Positions 10,347 through 20,249 of a stretch of 64,000 nucleotides of DNA are shown here, piece after piece. Numbering within the stretch: position 1 is the stretch's first letter; every line of letters starts with the position of its first letter. The translations under genes were made by a program, and so were the position numbers. The notes beneath the pieces are model-generated. The model worked only from the letters and a program-made list of their open reading frames with translations. It searched no databases and was not told where the DNA came from. Source of the DNA: an uncultured Rhabdochlamydiaceae bacterium (GTDB lineage: Bacteria; Chlamydiota; Chlamydiia; Chlamydiales; Rhabdochlamydiaceae); assembly GCA_963712275.1 (NCBI GenBank), contig CAVQHD010000001.1:1056001-1120000 (forward strand), given 5' to 3'.

Positions 10347-11172
10347 CTGTAAGAGAGCCATACACAAGCTTAGAGCATTCGTCCTGAGATAGAGATACAG
10401 GCGTATACTCTTTAGCAAAACCCTCATAAAGAGCCTTGTAAGGCTCCTCGGAAGTAGGCTTAAGCTTCATCTTGTCATCGTAGCAAGAATGCAATTGATG
10501 GAGAATCTGATTAGCGGATACCCCTATTTCAATATACGCTTTTTGAACCGATTTTTGATCGCTTCCCCGAAAGACCCAATTACCTGCATAGAAAACAGCA
10601 GCTGCAATAAGTCCGATTTTCCCCACTGGAATGACCCATTGAACCTGCGTAAAAACTCCCGTTGCCCACGCAGCGGCGGCAATAAAGGCTACTCGAACTG
10701 CAATTGCATAACGAAAGGCCTCTTTTACTCTCATTTTGTCAAGGTTTTTGACCTTGCCGATTAACCCATTAATTGAGTCGTGAATAAAGGCGTTTGAAGG
10801 TACAGTCTTTTGATGGTAACATTGGAGACTGTAGGCAGAATTCTCATATTCGATTGTCTGATTTAACGCTTGGGTTGCAAAGGTTACTTGCTGGTGAATG
10901 ATTTTTGTGAAGAATCTTTTTACTCGATTTGTCCAATGATTTTGCGCTCTAAAACCTTTTTCTGAATGTGCGCCGATTTCCAGGGAGCTGAAATCTGCTG
11001 AATTGACGTAGAAAGGAAGCAGCGGACGAATTTTGACATCAAAACAGCCAAGGATATCGGAAGAGCCTTCAATAGGCTTTTTCCCTGTTACCAGCGCCGC
11101 TTCATGAAGAATTGTTCCAACGTATAGTTTCCATGTTTGGTGATTGTCTGCAGGCAGAGAAGGTGTTGCCAT
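10336..11172 (-). CDS. Hypothetical protein with a hydrophobic hairpin (Inc-like candidate)
   Basis: 278-aa ORF with RBS-like AGGAG; two closely spaced hydrophobic helices (YAIAVRVAFIAAAAWATGVF / IGLIAAAVFYAGNWVF). Confidence 0.6.
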   Translation of the reverse strand: MATPSLPADNHQTWKLYVGTILHEAALVTGKKPIEGSSDILGCFDVKIRPLLPFYVNSADFSSLEIGAHSEKGFRAQNHWTNRVKRFFTKIIHQQVTFATQALNQTIEYENSAYSLQCYHQKTVPSNAFIHDSINGLIGKVKNLDKMRVKEAFRYAIAVRVAFIAAAAWATGVFTQVQWVIPVGKIGLIAAAVFYAGNWVFRGSDQKSVQKAYIEIGVSANQILHQLHSCYDDKMKLKPTSEEPYKALYEGFAKEYTPVSLSQDECSKLVYGSLTAKS

Positions 11173-11377
11173 AGGATGCTCCTGAATTAATTAGAAACCA
11201 TTCTACCACAATTTTTATTAATAAGCCAGAAATTCAGTGCGATGTGTCATCGAAGAATAGAGATGCCCCTTCATAGTAGTAAATTTTTTAATAAATTGAT
11301 TTTTTAAATCTTGAATAAAATTGTTATAAAAATATAAAATGATTCTCTTGATTTCAAATTAAAACACAGAGAGTTTT

Positions 11378-11674
11378 ATGTCAGTAGCAGTAGCAACTGT
11401 AGGAGTAGGAATAGGTGGATTCATGGCTTTAGGTGCGGTCACCATCAGCTATGGAGTTAGCTGGGGTATAAGCAAGATTGTAAAACGTTATTTGCAAGGT
11501 TCCTATATGGAAGAGCTTCAGAAAGCTAACGAAGATGGAAAAAAAACAATAAATAAAAAAATTGAGGATAGGACCAAAGTGGCTGAAGATGTCTCCTTAG
11601 TGTTTGCTACCCTTCTAACCATTGTTACAGGACTCGCTTGCATTTGGGCTATTACGCCTAGGCGTGTTTTGTAA
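11378..11674 (+). CDS. Small hypothetical membrane protein
   Basis: 98 aa with N- and C-terminal hydrophobic helices; AT-rich upstream region. Confidence 0.55.
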   Translation: MSVAVATVGVGIGGFMALGAVTISYGVSWGISKIVKRYLQGSYMEELQKANEDGKKTINKKIEDRTKVAEDVSLVFATLLTIVTGLACIWAITPRRVL

Positions 11675-11761
11675 ACTTTGGATGAAGATTCCTCTTGCTT
11701 GTTGATTTCTTGAGTATTTTATCCAAATGGTTTAAAATATCTTCTAAAAAAGGATAAAGAC

Positions 11762-11935
11762 ATGGCAGAAATAGCATTAGCCCCTTTTGCTCCACTTCTT
11801 CGCGTGAGTTCTAGCCCCATGAAGAACCTAAGCAAGACCATTCATGAAAATGAACGTTTGAATCGCCTTGCCCACCGCGTCCGAATTCATATGCTAGAGA
11901 TTTTTCGAGCTCAAGAAAAAACAGCGGCAACTTGA
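11762..11935 (+). CDS. 57-aa hypothetical protein, translationally coupled to rlmN (below the ORF-track cutoff)
   Basis: ATG 11762 preceded by AAAGGA. Encodes MAEIALAPFAPLLRVSSSPMKNLSKTIHENERLNRLAHRVRIHMLEIFRAQEKTAAT; its TGA overlaps the rlmN TTG (TTGA). Confidence 0.55.
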   Translation: MAEIALAPFAPLLRVSSSPMKNLSKTIHENERLNRLAHRVRIHMLEIFRAQEKTAAT

Positions 11936-12966
11936 AAAAAATTTATAACTTACAGGAAGAGGAGCTTGTTCAATGGCTCAAGGACAAGCGAGAAAAGCCG
12001 TTCCATGCAAAGCAAATCCTTGAATGGCTCTTTCAAAAGAAGGTTGGGTCCTGGGATGAGATGACGAACCTTTCAAAGGAGCTCCGTCATAAGCTTTCCC
12101 AATCTTTTTATATTCAGAGCCTTAAATTAAAACGGACGATCGATTCTGTAGACGGAGAGACGACAAAGTTTCTCTGGGAACTCTTAGATGGCCAGTTTGT
12201 CGAATCGGTTCTGATTCGCGCTCCAGAGCGGCGCACGGTTTGTGTTTCGTCTCAAGTGGGGTGTCCTGCCCGCTGCGCTTTTTGCGCTTCTGGGAAAAAG
12301 GGGCTGATGCGGAATTTGGAGACGGCCGAAATCCTCGAGCAGATTCTTTTGATTGATCAATTCCTTGCGAAAATTGGGGAAAAAGTGTGCCATGTCGTTT
12401 TTATGGGAATGGGAGAGCCTTTTGAAAATTACGACAATGTATTGACTGCGATTCGTCGTATCATCGATCCGAATGGGTTTAAAATCTCGCAAAGAAAGGT
12501 GACGGTATCAACTGTTGGGATTGTGGAACAAATTGTCCGTTTTGCAGACGAAGATCTCAGCGTGCAGCTTGTGCTTTCTCTGCATGCTCCTAGTCAAGAG
12601 CTTCGGAAAAAGATCATCCCTTACGCCAGACAACATGGGCTTGCAGAGCTTTTGGATGCCATGCTCTATTTTGCCAAGAAATCAGGACGCGACATTACCT
12701 ATGAATACACGTTGCTAGAAGGGATTAACGACCAACCCTGCCATGCAGAGCAGCTAGCAAAGTTGGTGAAGGGACATCCCTGCACCATCAACTTGATTCC
12801 CTATAATCCCGTCGAAGGGCTTCGTCTCAGCCGGCCGACGAAAGAATCGATCGAAATATTCTATCAGATTTTAATGGAGGCGAGGATTCCTACTACGCGC
12901 CGTTACACGAAAGGGAAAGACATCGCCGCCGCCTGCGGCCAGCTTGCTCTGCAAACATCTTCCTAG
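11932..12966 (+). CDS. rlmN: 23S rRNA m2A2503/tRNA methyltransferase RlmN
   Basis: CVSSQVGCPARCAFCASG radical-SAM motif, MGMGEP, SLHAP, DIAAACGQL. Confidence 0.95.
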   Translation: MKKIYNLQEEELVQWLKDKREKPFHAKQILEWLFQKKVGSWDEMTNLSKELRHKLSQSFYIQSLKLKRTIDSVDGETTKFLWELLDGQFVESVLIRAPERRTVCVSSQVGCPARCAFCASGKKGLMRNLETAEILEQILLIDQFLAKIGEKVCHVVFMGMGEPFENYDNVLTAIRRIIDPNGFKISQRKVTVSTVGIVEQIVRFADEDLSVQLVLSLHAPSQELRKKIIPYARQHGLAELLDAMLYFAKKSGRDITYEYTLLEGINDQPCHAEQLAKLVKGHPCTINLIPYNPVEGLRLSRPTKESIEIFYQILMEARIPTTRRYTKGKDIAAACGQLALQTSS

Positions 12967-13472
12967 GAAGAAAGGGGCAGCACGCGAGAAGGAGTCAAAC
13001 CTGAAAACTGGTAGAAGTAAATTCCAGGCTCTGTCGGAAGAAGGGAGCCTAATCGGCCAAATATAATTCCGGCAACAGCAGCGAGAGCGAATGCAGTAAA
13101 ATAGAGCATAGCAGAATAAGCAACCCCTCTTTTGGTTTCTCCATGTCGAGGGTGGATTCTACTCAACGGAAGAAGGGATGCAATACTGACTAAAACACCC
13201 ATAACAGATGTTATAATAAAAATTTTCCTAAGTTTAGAACAATAGGCTTGTAAAGCTTTAGCTCCTTCAGAAGAAGAAAGGATCGCAACAGGACCTGTTA
13301 AAATAGCGTTGGAACCTTCAATTTTCATGCGGCCGGGGAAGAATGTTTTAAGTTCTTCTAGTTTTGCCCAGGCTAAATGGCTTTGATCAATGATTGCTGA
13401 GCTGCATGCGAAAACAGCGGATGGAAGGTTATAACCAGAGGAAAGTTGATAAATTGTGGTGATTAAAGCCAT
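12963..13472 (-). CDS. Hypothetical protein with two transmembrane segments (Inc-like candidate)
   Basis: 169-aa ORF with RBS AAGGAG; hydrophobic segments IFIITSVMGVLVSIASLL and VAYSAMLYFTAFALAAVAGIIFG. Confidence 0.6.
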   Translation of the reverse strand: MALITTIYQLSSGYNLPSAVFACSSAIIDQSHLAWAKLEELKTFFPGRMKIEGSNAILTGPVAILSSSEGAKALQAYCSKLRKIFIITSVMGVLVSIASLLPLSRIHPRHGETKRGVAYSAMLYFTAFALAAVAGIIFGRLGSLLPTEPGIYFYQFSGLTPSRVLPLSS

Positions 13473-13571
13473 TGGTCAAAACTCCTTAGTTTGAAAAGTC
13501 ATTATACTCTTTCATTTCTTATTTTTCCAAAAAACTAGAAGATAAAGATTTTTTGATTTATCCAGGGGAAG

Positions 13572-14267
13572 ATGATGGGCTTTTTCTCTGTGTTGGTTTT
13601 AGCGGCGATTCATCTGTTTGCCAATCAAGCAAAGGTTCTCGGATGGGTCTGGCATGGACGGTTTCTTTCATTTGCGGGAGGTATCTCGTTTGCCTACGTT
13701 TTCATCGACCTTCTTCCCGTCCTGGAAAAGGGGCAGCCGATTTTAAAACAAACATTTGGAGAGGTCATTCCGTACTTTGATCGGCATGCTTATTTAATCG
13801 CGTTTGTTGGGCTGCTCTTTTACTATGGACTTGAGCAGCATACATTGAAGCAAAAAGTAGAGTGGTTTTGGCTGCAGATGGTGGGTTATTTGTGCTTCAA
13901 TTTTTTTGTTGGCGCAAGCCTTTCCGATACGACAAGTCCAGAGTTGCAACCTCTCTCTCTTTTTACGATCGCAATGGGAATGCATTATTTTGTTCGGGAT
14001 CATCAAGTTCGTTTAAATAACTCTCGCTTATTTCAGCATCAAGGCTGCTTGTGGTTGGTCGCAGCTCTTTTTGCAGGATATGCTGTCGGGACTCTCACCC
14101 ATATCCCTAATGCAGTCGTCGCCATTGCTGTCTCTTTTCTTGCAGGGGGCGTTCTTTTAAATGTGCTGCACTATGAACTCCCTACAAAAAAGCATTCAGG
14201 TTACTTTTCTTTTTTACTAGGCGCTTTGGGTTATACGGCTCTTTTGATTACGATTGGAGCAGTTTGA
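13572..14267 (+). CDS. Integral membrane protein (ZIP-like metal transporter fold suspected)
   Basis: About 8 TM helices; SFAGGISFAYVFIDLLP, MGMHYFVRD, FLAGGVLLNVLHYELP. Confidence 0.65.
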   Translation: MMGFFSVLVLAAIHLFANQAKVLGWVWHGRFLSFAGGISFAYVFIDLLPVLEKGQPILKQTFGEVIPYFDRHAYLIAFVGLLFYYGLEQHTLKQKVEWFWLQMVGYLCFNFFVGASLSDTTSPELQPLSLFTIAMGMHYFVRDHQVRLNNSRLFQHQGCLWLVAALFAGYAVGTLTHIPNAVVAIAVSFLAGGVLLNVLHYELPTKKHSGYFSFLLGALGYTALLITIGAV

Positions 14268-14310
14268 AAAATCTGTGCCTTCCGTTATCTTTGTCGAAAG
14301 GAGAACTCTT

Positions 14311-15630
14311 ATGCTGCAGCTGTTAATGGTTATTCTGCTTCCTCTGGGCTTTTTATGGGGGGAGGAAGACCCTGCGTGGGCTCATGCGACGATTGCCGCT
14401 TATGCGATTAATACACGCACAGGAGAAGTGATTGTCGATCTCTGTGGAGATAAGAGTTTCTTTCCTGGATCGTGCCTAAAGATTGTAACGACAGGAGCAG
14501 CTCTTCATCTCTTGGGAGCGGAGAGCTATTTTCAAACCGACCTTGAAATCGAAGGAGAGATCAAGGAGGGGGTTTTACATGGCAACCTTTTGATTCGTGG
14601 AGGCGGAGATCCATGTCTGGGCTCGAATCGTGTTGCTTCCTCTCTTTCATGGGAAGAGCAAATCAAGGCATGGGTCCAGGCTGCTGAAAAACTCGGGATC
14701 AAGGAGATTCGGGGCGATGTGATTGGAGACAGCTCGCAATGGGAGGAGGCTCAAGCTGTGCCAAGTTGGGCGTGGGAAGATCTCGGCAACTACTATGGAG
14801 CGGGTGCGTCGGCCTTATCCTTTCATGAAAACAATTATTCTCTCTTTTTTAAACCAGGGGAGAAAGAGGGCGATGAGGCAATTCTTTCAAGAGTTGTGCC
14901 TGCCATTCCGAAGATGCTGCTTCGAAATGAAGTTAAAACAGGGGCTGTTGGATCGGGAGATCAGGCTTGTATCTATGGGTCCGAACTCTCCACGATTCAG
15001 CTGGTGCGTGGTACAATTCCTGCGGGAGTGGCAGAGTTTTCAATTCGGGGATCAATTCCAGATCCTGCCGCTTTTTGTTCAGAGCTTCTTACACAAGCGC
15101 TTGAAGAAAAAGGAATCAAAGTTAGCCACCATTCTTTGCCTCGGAATCAAAAGCGAGCTGTGATCCATTCAACTCGGTCCCCCAAGATTAAAGAGATTAT
15201 CTACTGGGCGAATCAAAAAAGTCTTAATTTATATGCTGAACATCTTCTCAAAAGCATAGGAGAAAAAATGGAGGGGGAGGGATCTACATCGGCCGGGACG
15301 CGAGCTGTGGTAAAATTTTGGCAGGGGCAAGGGGTCGATGTGCATGGGCTGAATATGATGGATGGCTCGGGGCTTTCAAGGAAGAATTTCATCACACCCA
15401 AGCAGCTTGTGTCGATTCTTGTGAAGATGAAACAGTCTCCTGACTTTCCTCTATTTTTCGACTCACTTCCAGAAATGAACGGTGGGGTTCGAGCTAAATC
15501 AGGGTCGATGTCTTTCCTTCGAGGATGCGCCGGCTATAAAGGGGAGATTGCCTTTGCAATTCTCATTAACCAGGGGCCCGATCAAAAAAAGATGAGGGAA
15601 AAAGTGAATCTCTTTTTATATGATCTGTAG
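14311..15630 (+). CDS. dacB: D-alanyl-D-alanine carboxypeptidase/endopeptidase (peptidase S13, PBP4)
   Basis: PGSCLK (SxxK), GGGDP, SLN, DGSGLSRKN, KSG; ATG 14311 follows AAGGAG. Confidence 0.9.
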   Translation: MLQLLMVILLPLGFLWGEEDPAWAHATIAAYAINTRTGEVIVDLCGDKSFFPGSCLKIVTTGAALHLLGAESYFQTDLEIEGEIKEGVLHGNLLIRGGGDPCLGSNRVASSLSWEEQIKAWVQAAEKLGIKEIRGDVIGDSSQWEEAQAVPSWAWEDLGNYYGAGASALSFHENNYSLFFKPGEKEGDEAILSRVVPAIPKMLLRNEVKTGAVGSGDQACIYGSELSTIQLVRGTIPAGVAEFSIRGSIPDPAAFCSELLTQALEEKGIKVSHHSLPRNQKRAVIHSTRSPKIKEIIYWANQKSLNLYAEHLLKSIGEKMEGEGSTSAGTRAVVKFWQGQGVDVHGLNMMDGSGLSRKNFITPKQLVSILVKMKQSPDFPLFFDSLPEMNGGVRAKSGSMSFLRGCAGYKGEIAFAILINQGPDQKKMREKVNLFLYDL

Positions 15631-15632
15631 TT

Positions 15633-16031
15633 ATGATTAGTCAAGAGAAGTGGGAGCATCTGAGAAACAAGATGGAGCAGCTTGGGATCCGCGAAGAGGA
15701 TCTCGTTGAGAAGTTTATCTTAGGGTCGGGGCGAGGAGGGCAAAATCTACAGAAAACCTCTTCGTGCGTTTATTTGAAGCACCATCCAACGGGAATTGAA
15801 ATTAAATGTCAGCGAGATCGCTCAAGAGAGATGAACCGTTTTTTTGCCCGTCGCGAGCTTTGTGAGAAAATTGAGACGCAGATTCTAAAGGTGAAGAGTG
15901 AAAAAAGGCAGCTGATTGAAAAAAAGCGCAGGCAAAAGCGGAAACGGTCTAAACGAGCCCAACAAAAGGTTTTAGAAGGAAAAAAGAGGCATGGTCACAT
16001 TAAAGAGCTCCGAAAACTCCCATCGGAGTAA
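15633..16031 (+). CDS. Release-factor-like peptidyl-tRNA hydrolase (ArfB/C12orf65-like)
   Basis: GSGRGGQN (GGQ motif), HHPTGIEIKCQ, long Lys/Arg-rich C-terminal tail, no codon-recognition domain. Confidence 0.85.
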   Translation: MISQEKWEHLRNKMEQLGIREEDLVEKFILGSGRGGQNLQKTSSCVYLKHHPTGIEIKCQRDRSREMNRFFARRELCEKIETQILKVKSEKRQLIEKKRRQKRKRSKRAQQKVLEGKKRHGHIKELRKLPSE

Positions 16032-16425
16032 TTTATGCCCTTGCTGCAGCGGCTTGACATATGAAGTGTGTTGCGGTCCCTATCATGGGGGAGGAAGTGT
16101 GCCAACACCTCTTGCTCTCATGAGATCTCGGTATAGCGCCTATGCAATGGGCAAGGCTGATTATATTATCGACACGACTCATCCAGCTCTAAAAAAACAT
16201 CAGCCGCCTGTCTCTAGGTGGAGAGAGGAGATCTTGAAGTTTTGCCAAGGCACGACCTTTGAAGGGCTTGATATCATGCAGGTGGAGGAAGGGGATGAAG
16301 CTGGCTTTGTGACCTTTAAAGCAAGGCTATCAAAAAATGGAAAAGATCTCTCCTTTATCGAAAAAAGCCGATTTGAAAAAGAAGGAGGGAGATGGCTTTA
16401 TCATTCACGTTTAGATTATCCTTAA
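15991..16425 (+). CDS. YchJ family protein (SEC-C motif)
   Basis: CPCCSG..Y..CC, ALMRSRYSAY, FIEKSRFEKEGGRWLY. Start uncertain. Confidence 0.88.
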   Translation: MVTLKSSENSHRSNLCPCCSGLTYEVCCGPYHGGGSVPTPLALMRSRYSAYAMGKADYIIDTTHPALKKHQPPVSRWREEILKFCQGTTFEGLDIMQVEEGDEAGFVTFKARLSKNGKDLSFIEKSRFEKEGGRWLYHSRLDYP

Positions 16426-17789
16426 TTTTGATTTTTTTCCTTCCATTTCAGGCTCGATTCTATAAGTTTCTGAAGCCTCTTTCACTCTCTTTTATCCGCC
16501 CAGAGTGGTCTTTTCCTCTTTACTTTGAACGGTATGCAGATCTTTTCCTCTCGGATCTTTTTTTAATGGTGCTATTAGGATGGAGCCTTTACCGAAAACA
16601 GGTGGATCTTCAGTCGTTTTGGCAAGATGAGAAGAAATATCTGACGATTTTTTTAGCCTTAGCAGGGTTTTCGATTTTGATGAGCGACTTTTCGTCTTAT
16701 GCCCTTTCTTATTGGAGATGGGGCCACCTTCTGATAGCCGCTTTGTTTGTGTATTGCCTCCGTTTTTGGATAACGGCATCGATCAAAACTGCTTTGCAGA
16801 CGATTGCAATGGTTGTTGTTTTAAGCGGCATCTTAGAATGCTGCGTGGCGCTTCCACAATACTTTTTGCAACATCAACTCGGTCTTAAAATGGTCGGAGA
16901 GCCAACCCTTGTCTCTAATCATAGCCAAGCGCCTCACTTTTTGATGCCGAAGGGAGCTTTAACTTCGCTAGACTATCTTTTGAAGCCGTTGCAAGAGCCG
17001 TCAGTTGTTTTACGGGCAGCAGGAACGCTTCCTCATCCGAATATCCTGGGAGGATTCTTGGTTTTTTCTCTTCTGATGACTTTTTTGCTCTATGAAAAAA
17101 ATAAAAAAGGATGGATTGCCATCGCTCTGATTATTCAAGTCCTGACGTTGTTTGTATCGTATTCTCGGGCAGCTTTATTTGCTCTTATGGGAGCGACCTT
17201 GATTTGGTTTCTTTTGTACTACCTCTATCAGAAAAAGATCCCTGCAGTTTGGAAGCCCCTTGTCCTTGGTTTTGTTTTTTCAGTGGCGCTTTTCTTCCCG
17301 CAGCTATTTTATCGAGGAGGGATTGTCTCTTATAATCAGCTGACTCAAGCCTCCGATGGGATCCGCGTGGAGATGCAAAATGTGGGAATGAAGATGATCC
17401 AAGATTATCCATGGCTTGGGGTTGGGTTTAATCATTCTCTGATCGCGCTTTCAAAATACGAGACTAGCTTAGGCGTGCAGCCGACATTTGTTCATAATAT
17501 CTATCTCTTAATCGGGATTGAAACGGGGGGTATCGGCCTTGCTTTTTTTCTGATCTATTGTGCGAACATTGTTTGGAGGGGGTGGCAGAGCCGCCGCTCC
17601 ATTGAAGGATGTACGCTCTTTGCCATTCTTCTTGCTTTTTTAGCCATAGGACTTGTCGACCATTATCCTATTGTCAATCAGCAAACCCGATTGATTTTTT
17701 TCCTGGTCGCAGGGCTCGCTTCACTGACCTGCCAGGCTCCAGAAGTAATTAAACCATCCCCCGCCTTGAGCAGACGGAGCATCTCCTAG
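16392..17789 (+). CDS. O-antigen ligase (Wzy_C/WaaL-like) family membrane protein
   Basis: Multiple TM helices; RAAGTLPHPNILGG, SYSRAA, GVG, VHNIYL..ETG. Confidence 0.8.
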   Translation: MALSFTFRLSLILIFFLPFQARFYKFLKPLSLSFIRPEWSFPLYFERYADLFLSDLFLMVLLGWSLYRKQVDLQSFWQDEKKYLTIFLALAGFSILMSDFSSYALSYWRWGHLLIAALFVYCLRFWITASIKTALQTIAMVVVLSGILECCVALPQYFLQHQLGLKMVGEPTLVSNHSQAPHFLMPKGALTSLDYLLKPLQEPSVVLRAAGTLPHPNILGGFLVFSLLMTFLLYEKNKKGWIAIALIIQVLTLFVSYSRAALFALMGATLIWFLLYYLYQKKIPAVWKPLVLGFVFSVALFFPQLFYRGGIVSYNQLTQASDGIRVEMQNVGMKMIQDYPWLGVGFNHSLIALSKYETSLGVQPTFVHNIYLLIGIETGGIGLAFFLIYCANIVWRGWQSRRSIEGCTLFAILLAFLAIGLVDHYPIVNQQTRLIFFLVAGLASLTCQAPEVIKPSPALSRRSIS

Positions 17790-19082
17790 GTCAACCCACT
17801 CGCTTAAAGCAGGGGAGTTCCAATAGGAGGAGGGGCTTTCGATGGTTGGGCTGGCTGACTCCACGGAAGGTGAAATAAAATCGTAGTTTCTTAAATATTC
17901 CCAGGGATTCATGAAAATAAAATTGTTTAATTGGGTGTTTCCTGGATTTACGATGATCGGTTTGTCTTGATGGATGCTTGTCATCACAGGATGGTGTCCT
18001 GGTGTTTGAGGTGGGATGGCAAGCGTCTCTAATTCGAGAGGAGACCCAGAGCTTGCCAAAAGTTGCCCCTCTTTTAATACAATTCCTTCGTTCATCCGCC
18101 GAGGAGTTCCATCTCCAGGAAAGACATACAGCACATCGTTTTCTTGCGAGAGAGCTTCTGCTTCTTTGAGGGAGGAGAAGGGGCGCTCAAATGTTCCATT
18201 CCCTAAAGGCGCAGCGGTATTATCGATAAACACAAATCGGACCAATTCATTCTTAGAAGAGAAGAAAGGGATCTTGGAATCCCTTCGGCTTTGAACTGGG
18301 ATGATTTCATTTCGGACAATGGGAAGATGTTGCAGGTCTCTAGGCCTTTCTTTTAACTTCTCTTTTGATTTCCAGGGACCTAAAGGAATGTGAAGCGACA
18401 AAACTCCTTGCACTCGCGTATGGAAGAGGCGGTCATGTGTGATGAGCGCGCCTAGAGTCAAGTACCGTCCTAGATCGACATCGAATCGGACTTTTGCTCC
18501 CAAGGCATCTCCAACTCGTAGAGAATGGCTTGATTGAGGAAAAAGGTAATAGGTTCCAATTGCAAAATAAAATGGCTTTGCAAGCGGTGTGCCAACTTCT
18601 CCCTCAACACAAGGAAGCGTGGCGTAGAGTTTTCGTTTAACAAGGACTGAATTTCCAGAAAATCCTTTGAATGTATATTCGTGGAAACTTCGCTGCTGGC
18701 CAAAGGGAAGATACCCATTGATTCTCACATCCACCTCGCGACTGACCCATTCTAAGCCTCCGGCAGCTTGATGCGCGAAAAAGTGGGATGTATCGCGAAA
18801 ATCATAGTAAAGGTTGATTCCAAGACGAGAAGAGTCTTCATTTAAAAAGTACCGAAATCCAAATCCTATATTTCCTGCCGATTTAGCATCATTAAAAAGA
18901 TGGCCTCGAAGATTGAAGAGAAACTCATACTTTGCTTGCTCGCAGGTCAGAGAATAATCCAAAGTTGAATACCCTTGATTGTATCCAACGCTTTGAGATT
19001 CTCGATGCCGTAGAGATAGCTCTGAGTCGACCGCACAGAGGGAGGTCATTAAAATTGTTGTTATTAGAAGAGTAGCTCTCAT
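17721..19082 (-). CDS. Inverse autotransporter (invasin/intimin-like beta-domain) protein
   Basis: Signal peptide; NIGFGFR, LGINLYYD, NGYLP, PIVRNEII; short passenger starting FIDNTAAPLGNGTFERPF. Confidence 0.75.
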   Translation of the reverse strand: MRATLLITTILMTSLCAVDSELSLRHRESQSVGYNQGYSTLDYSLTCEQAKYEFLFNLRGHLFNDAKSAGNIGFGFRYFLNEDSSRLGINLYYDFRDTSHFFAHQAAGGLEWVSREVDVRINGYLPFGQQRSFHEYTFKGFSGNSVLVKRKLYATLPCVEGEVGTPLAKPFYFAIGTYYLFPQSSHSLRVGDALGAKVRFDVDLGRYLTLGALITHDRLFHTRVQGVLSLHIPLGPWKSKEKLKERPRDLQHLPIVRNEIIPVQSRRDSKIPFFSSKNELVRFVFIDNTAAPLGNGTFERPFSSLKEAEALSQENDVLYVFPGDGTPRRMNEGIVLKEGQLLASSGSPLELETLAIPPQTPGHHPVMTSIHQDKPIIVNPGNTQLNNFIFMNPWEYLRNYDFISPSVESASPTIESPSSYWNSPALSEWVDLGDAPSAQGGGWFNYFWSLAGQ

Positions 19083-19166
19083 AGATTTTTTCTATCATGA
19101 ATTTAAGAAAAATCCAAACAAATTTTCTTGATCCATCTTAGACCTCTCGGATATATAAAGAGGAAT

Positions 19167-20249
19167 ATGTGGGATCAATTTGTAAAAGGATTCATTTATT
19201 TTGGGATGCCTGTTGTCACAGCCTACCATTTACTTACAGGCAATGTGTTTCTCAATACGTCAGCTCAAGATGCAACAGGCTTTGAAAAAGCAGGAAATCT
19301 CGTTTTAACTCCTGTTCAGTATCTTCTCTGTGGAAAAGCAGCAACCCCGGAGGGAGAAACCTACCGCCTTGACGAGCAGTTCGACTATCGCAACTACCTG
19401 GCGTTTAAAAGCACCGTTTCTCTCTTAAGCCTTCCTGTTTCTCTCCCGATTGGATCTTGTTTGAAGGGGCTTGCATACCTATCGCAGGCAACTCGAGATC
19501 GTCACGCGAAAGTGGTTTCAGCCATAAATTCTGTCAAGATATCCTCTAATCTCGATCTCTACCGCCATCTGGGGATTCCGCTCTCTTCTACACCTACGCC
19601 GATCCCTTCACCGCAGTATCAACGAAGGCCTGGAGAAGAATCTGTTCTTGCTCAAGAAAAAGAACTCCTTTGTCAAATTGTTTCCCTCTTCAATGAAAAT
19701 CAAATTCCATATTGGGTTGATTGCGGGACCTGCCTTGGCGCTTATCGATATGGAGGTGCGATCCCCTGGGATAAAGATATCGATATGGCAGTCCTTTTGC
19801 CCGATTTTCAAAATGTCATGCGGGTTTTAAATCAGCTCGATCCAGAAAAATATCACGTACAGGATTGGTCGAATAGATGCCTGCCCAAGACCTATATCCG
19901 TGTCTACATTAAAGAGAACCGAAACCATATCGATATTTATCATTATGCGATAGATCCAGAAAAAAGAACCCTAACCTATATCCTCTCCAATGAAGAGAGC
20001 AGTTTTATGGTTGAATCGTGGAAAATCCGGGAGAGGAGATTTAAGTTCCCCTCCTCCTTTGATACGATTTTTCCTCTCCGCAAAGCGCAATTTGATGGAA
20101 TTGAAGTCTCTGTTCCAAACCAAACGGAAAAGTATCTTCAAGAGCGGTATGGAGAGAACATCGGCCCTATCAAAATCTACAATGAAGCGACAGGGGAGTA
20201 TGAGAAGGACCTTTCTCATCCCTACTGGCAGCTTTCTCATGTGTATTAA
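19167..20249 (+). CDS. LicD-family nucleotidyl/phosphotransferase
   Basis: YWVDCGTCLGAYRYGGAIPWDKDIDM, IDIY, TIFPL..FDG..VPN..YLQERYG; ATG 19167 follows AGAGG. Confidence 0.85.
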   Translation: MWDQFVKGFIYFGMPVVTAYHLLTGNVFLNTSAQDATGFEKAGNLVLTPVQYLLCGKAATPEGETYRLDEQFDYRNYLAFKSTVSLLSLPVSLPIGSCLKGLAYLSQATRDRHAKVVSAINSVKISSNLDLYRHLGIPLSSTPTPIPSPQYQRRPGEESVLAQEKELLCQIVSLFNENQIPYWVDCGTCLGAYRYGGAIPWDKDIDMAVLLPDFQNVMRVLNQLDPEKYHVQDWSNRCLPKTYIRVYIKENRNHIDIYHYAIDPEKRTLTYILSNEESSFMVESWKIRERRFKFPSSFDTIFPLRKAQFDGIEVSVPNQTEKYLQERYGENIGPIKIYNEATGEYEKDLSHPYWQLSHVY

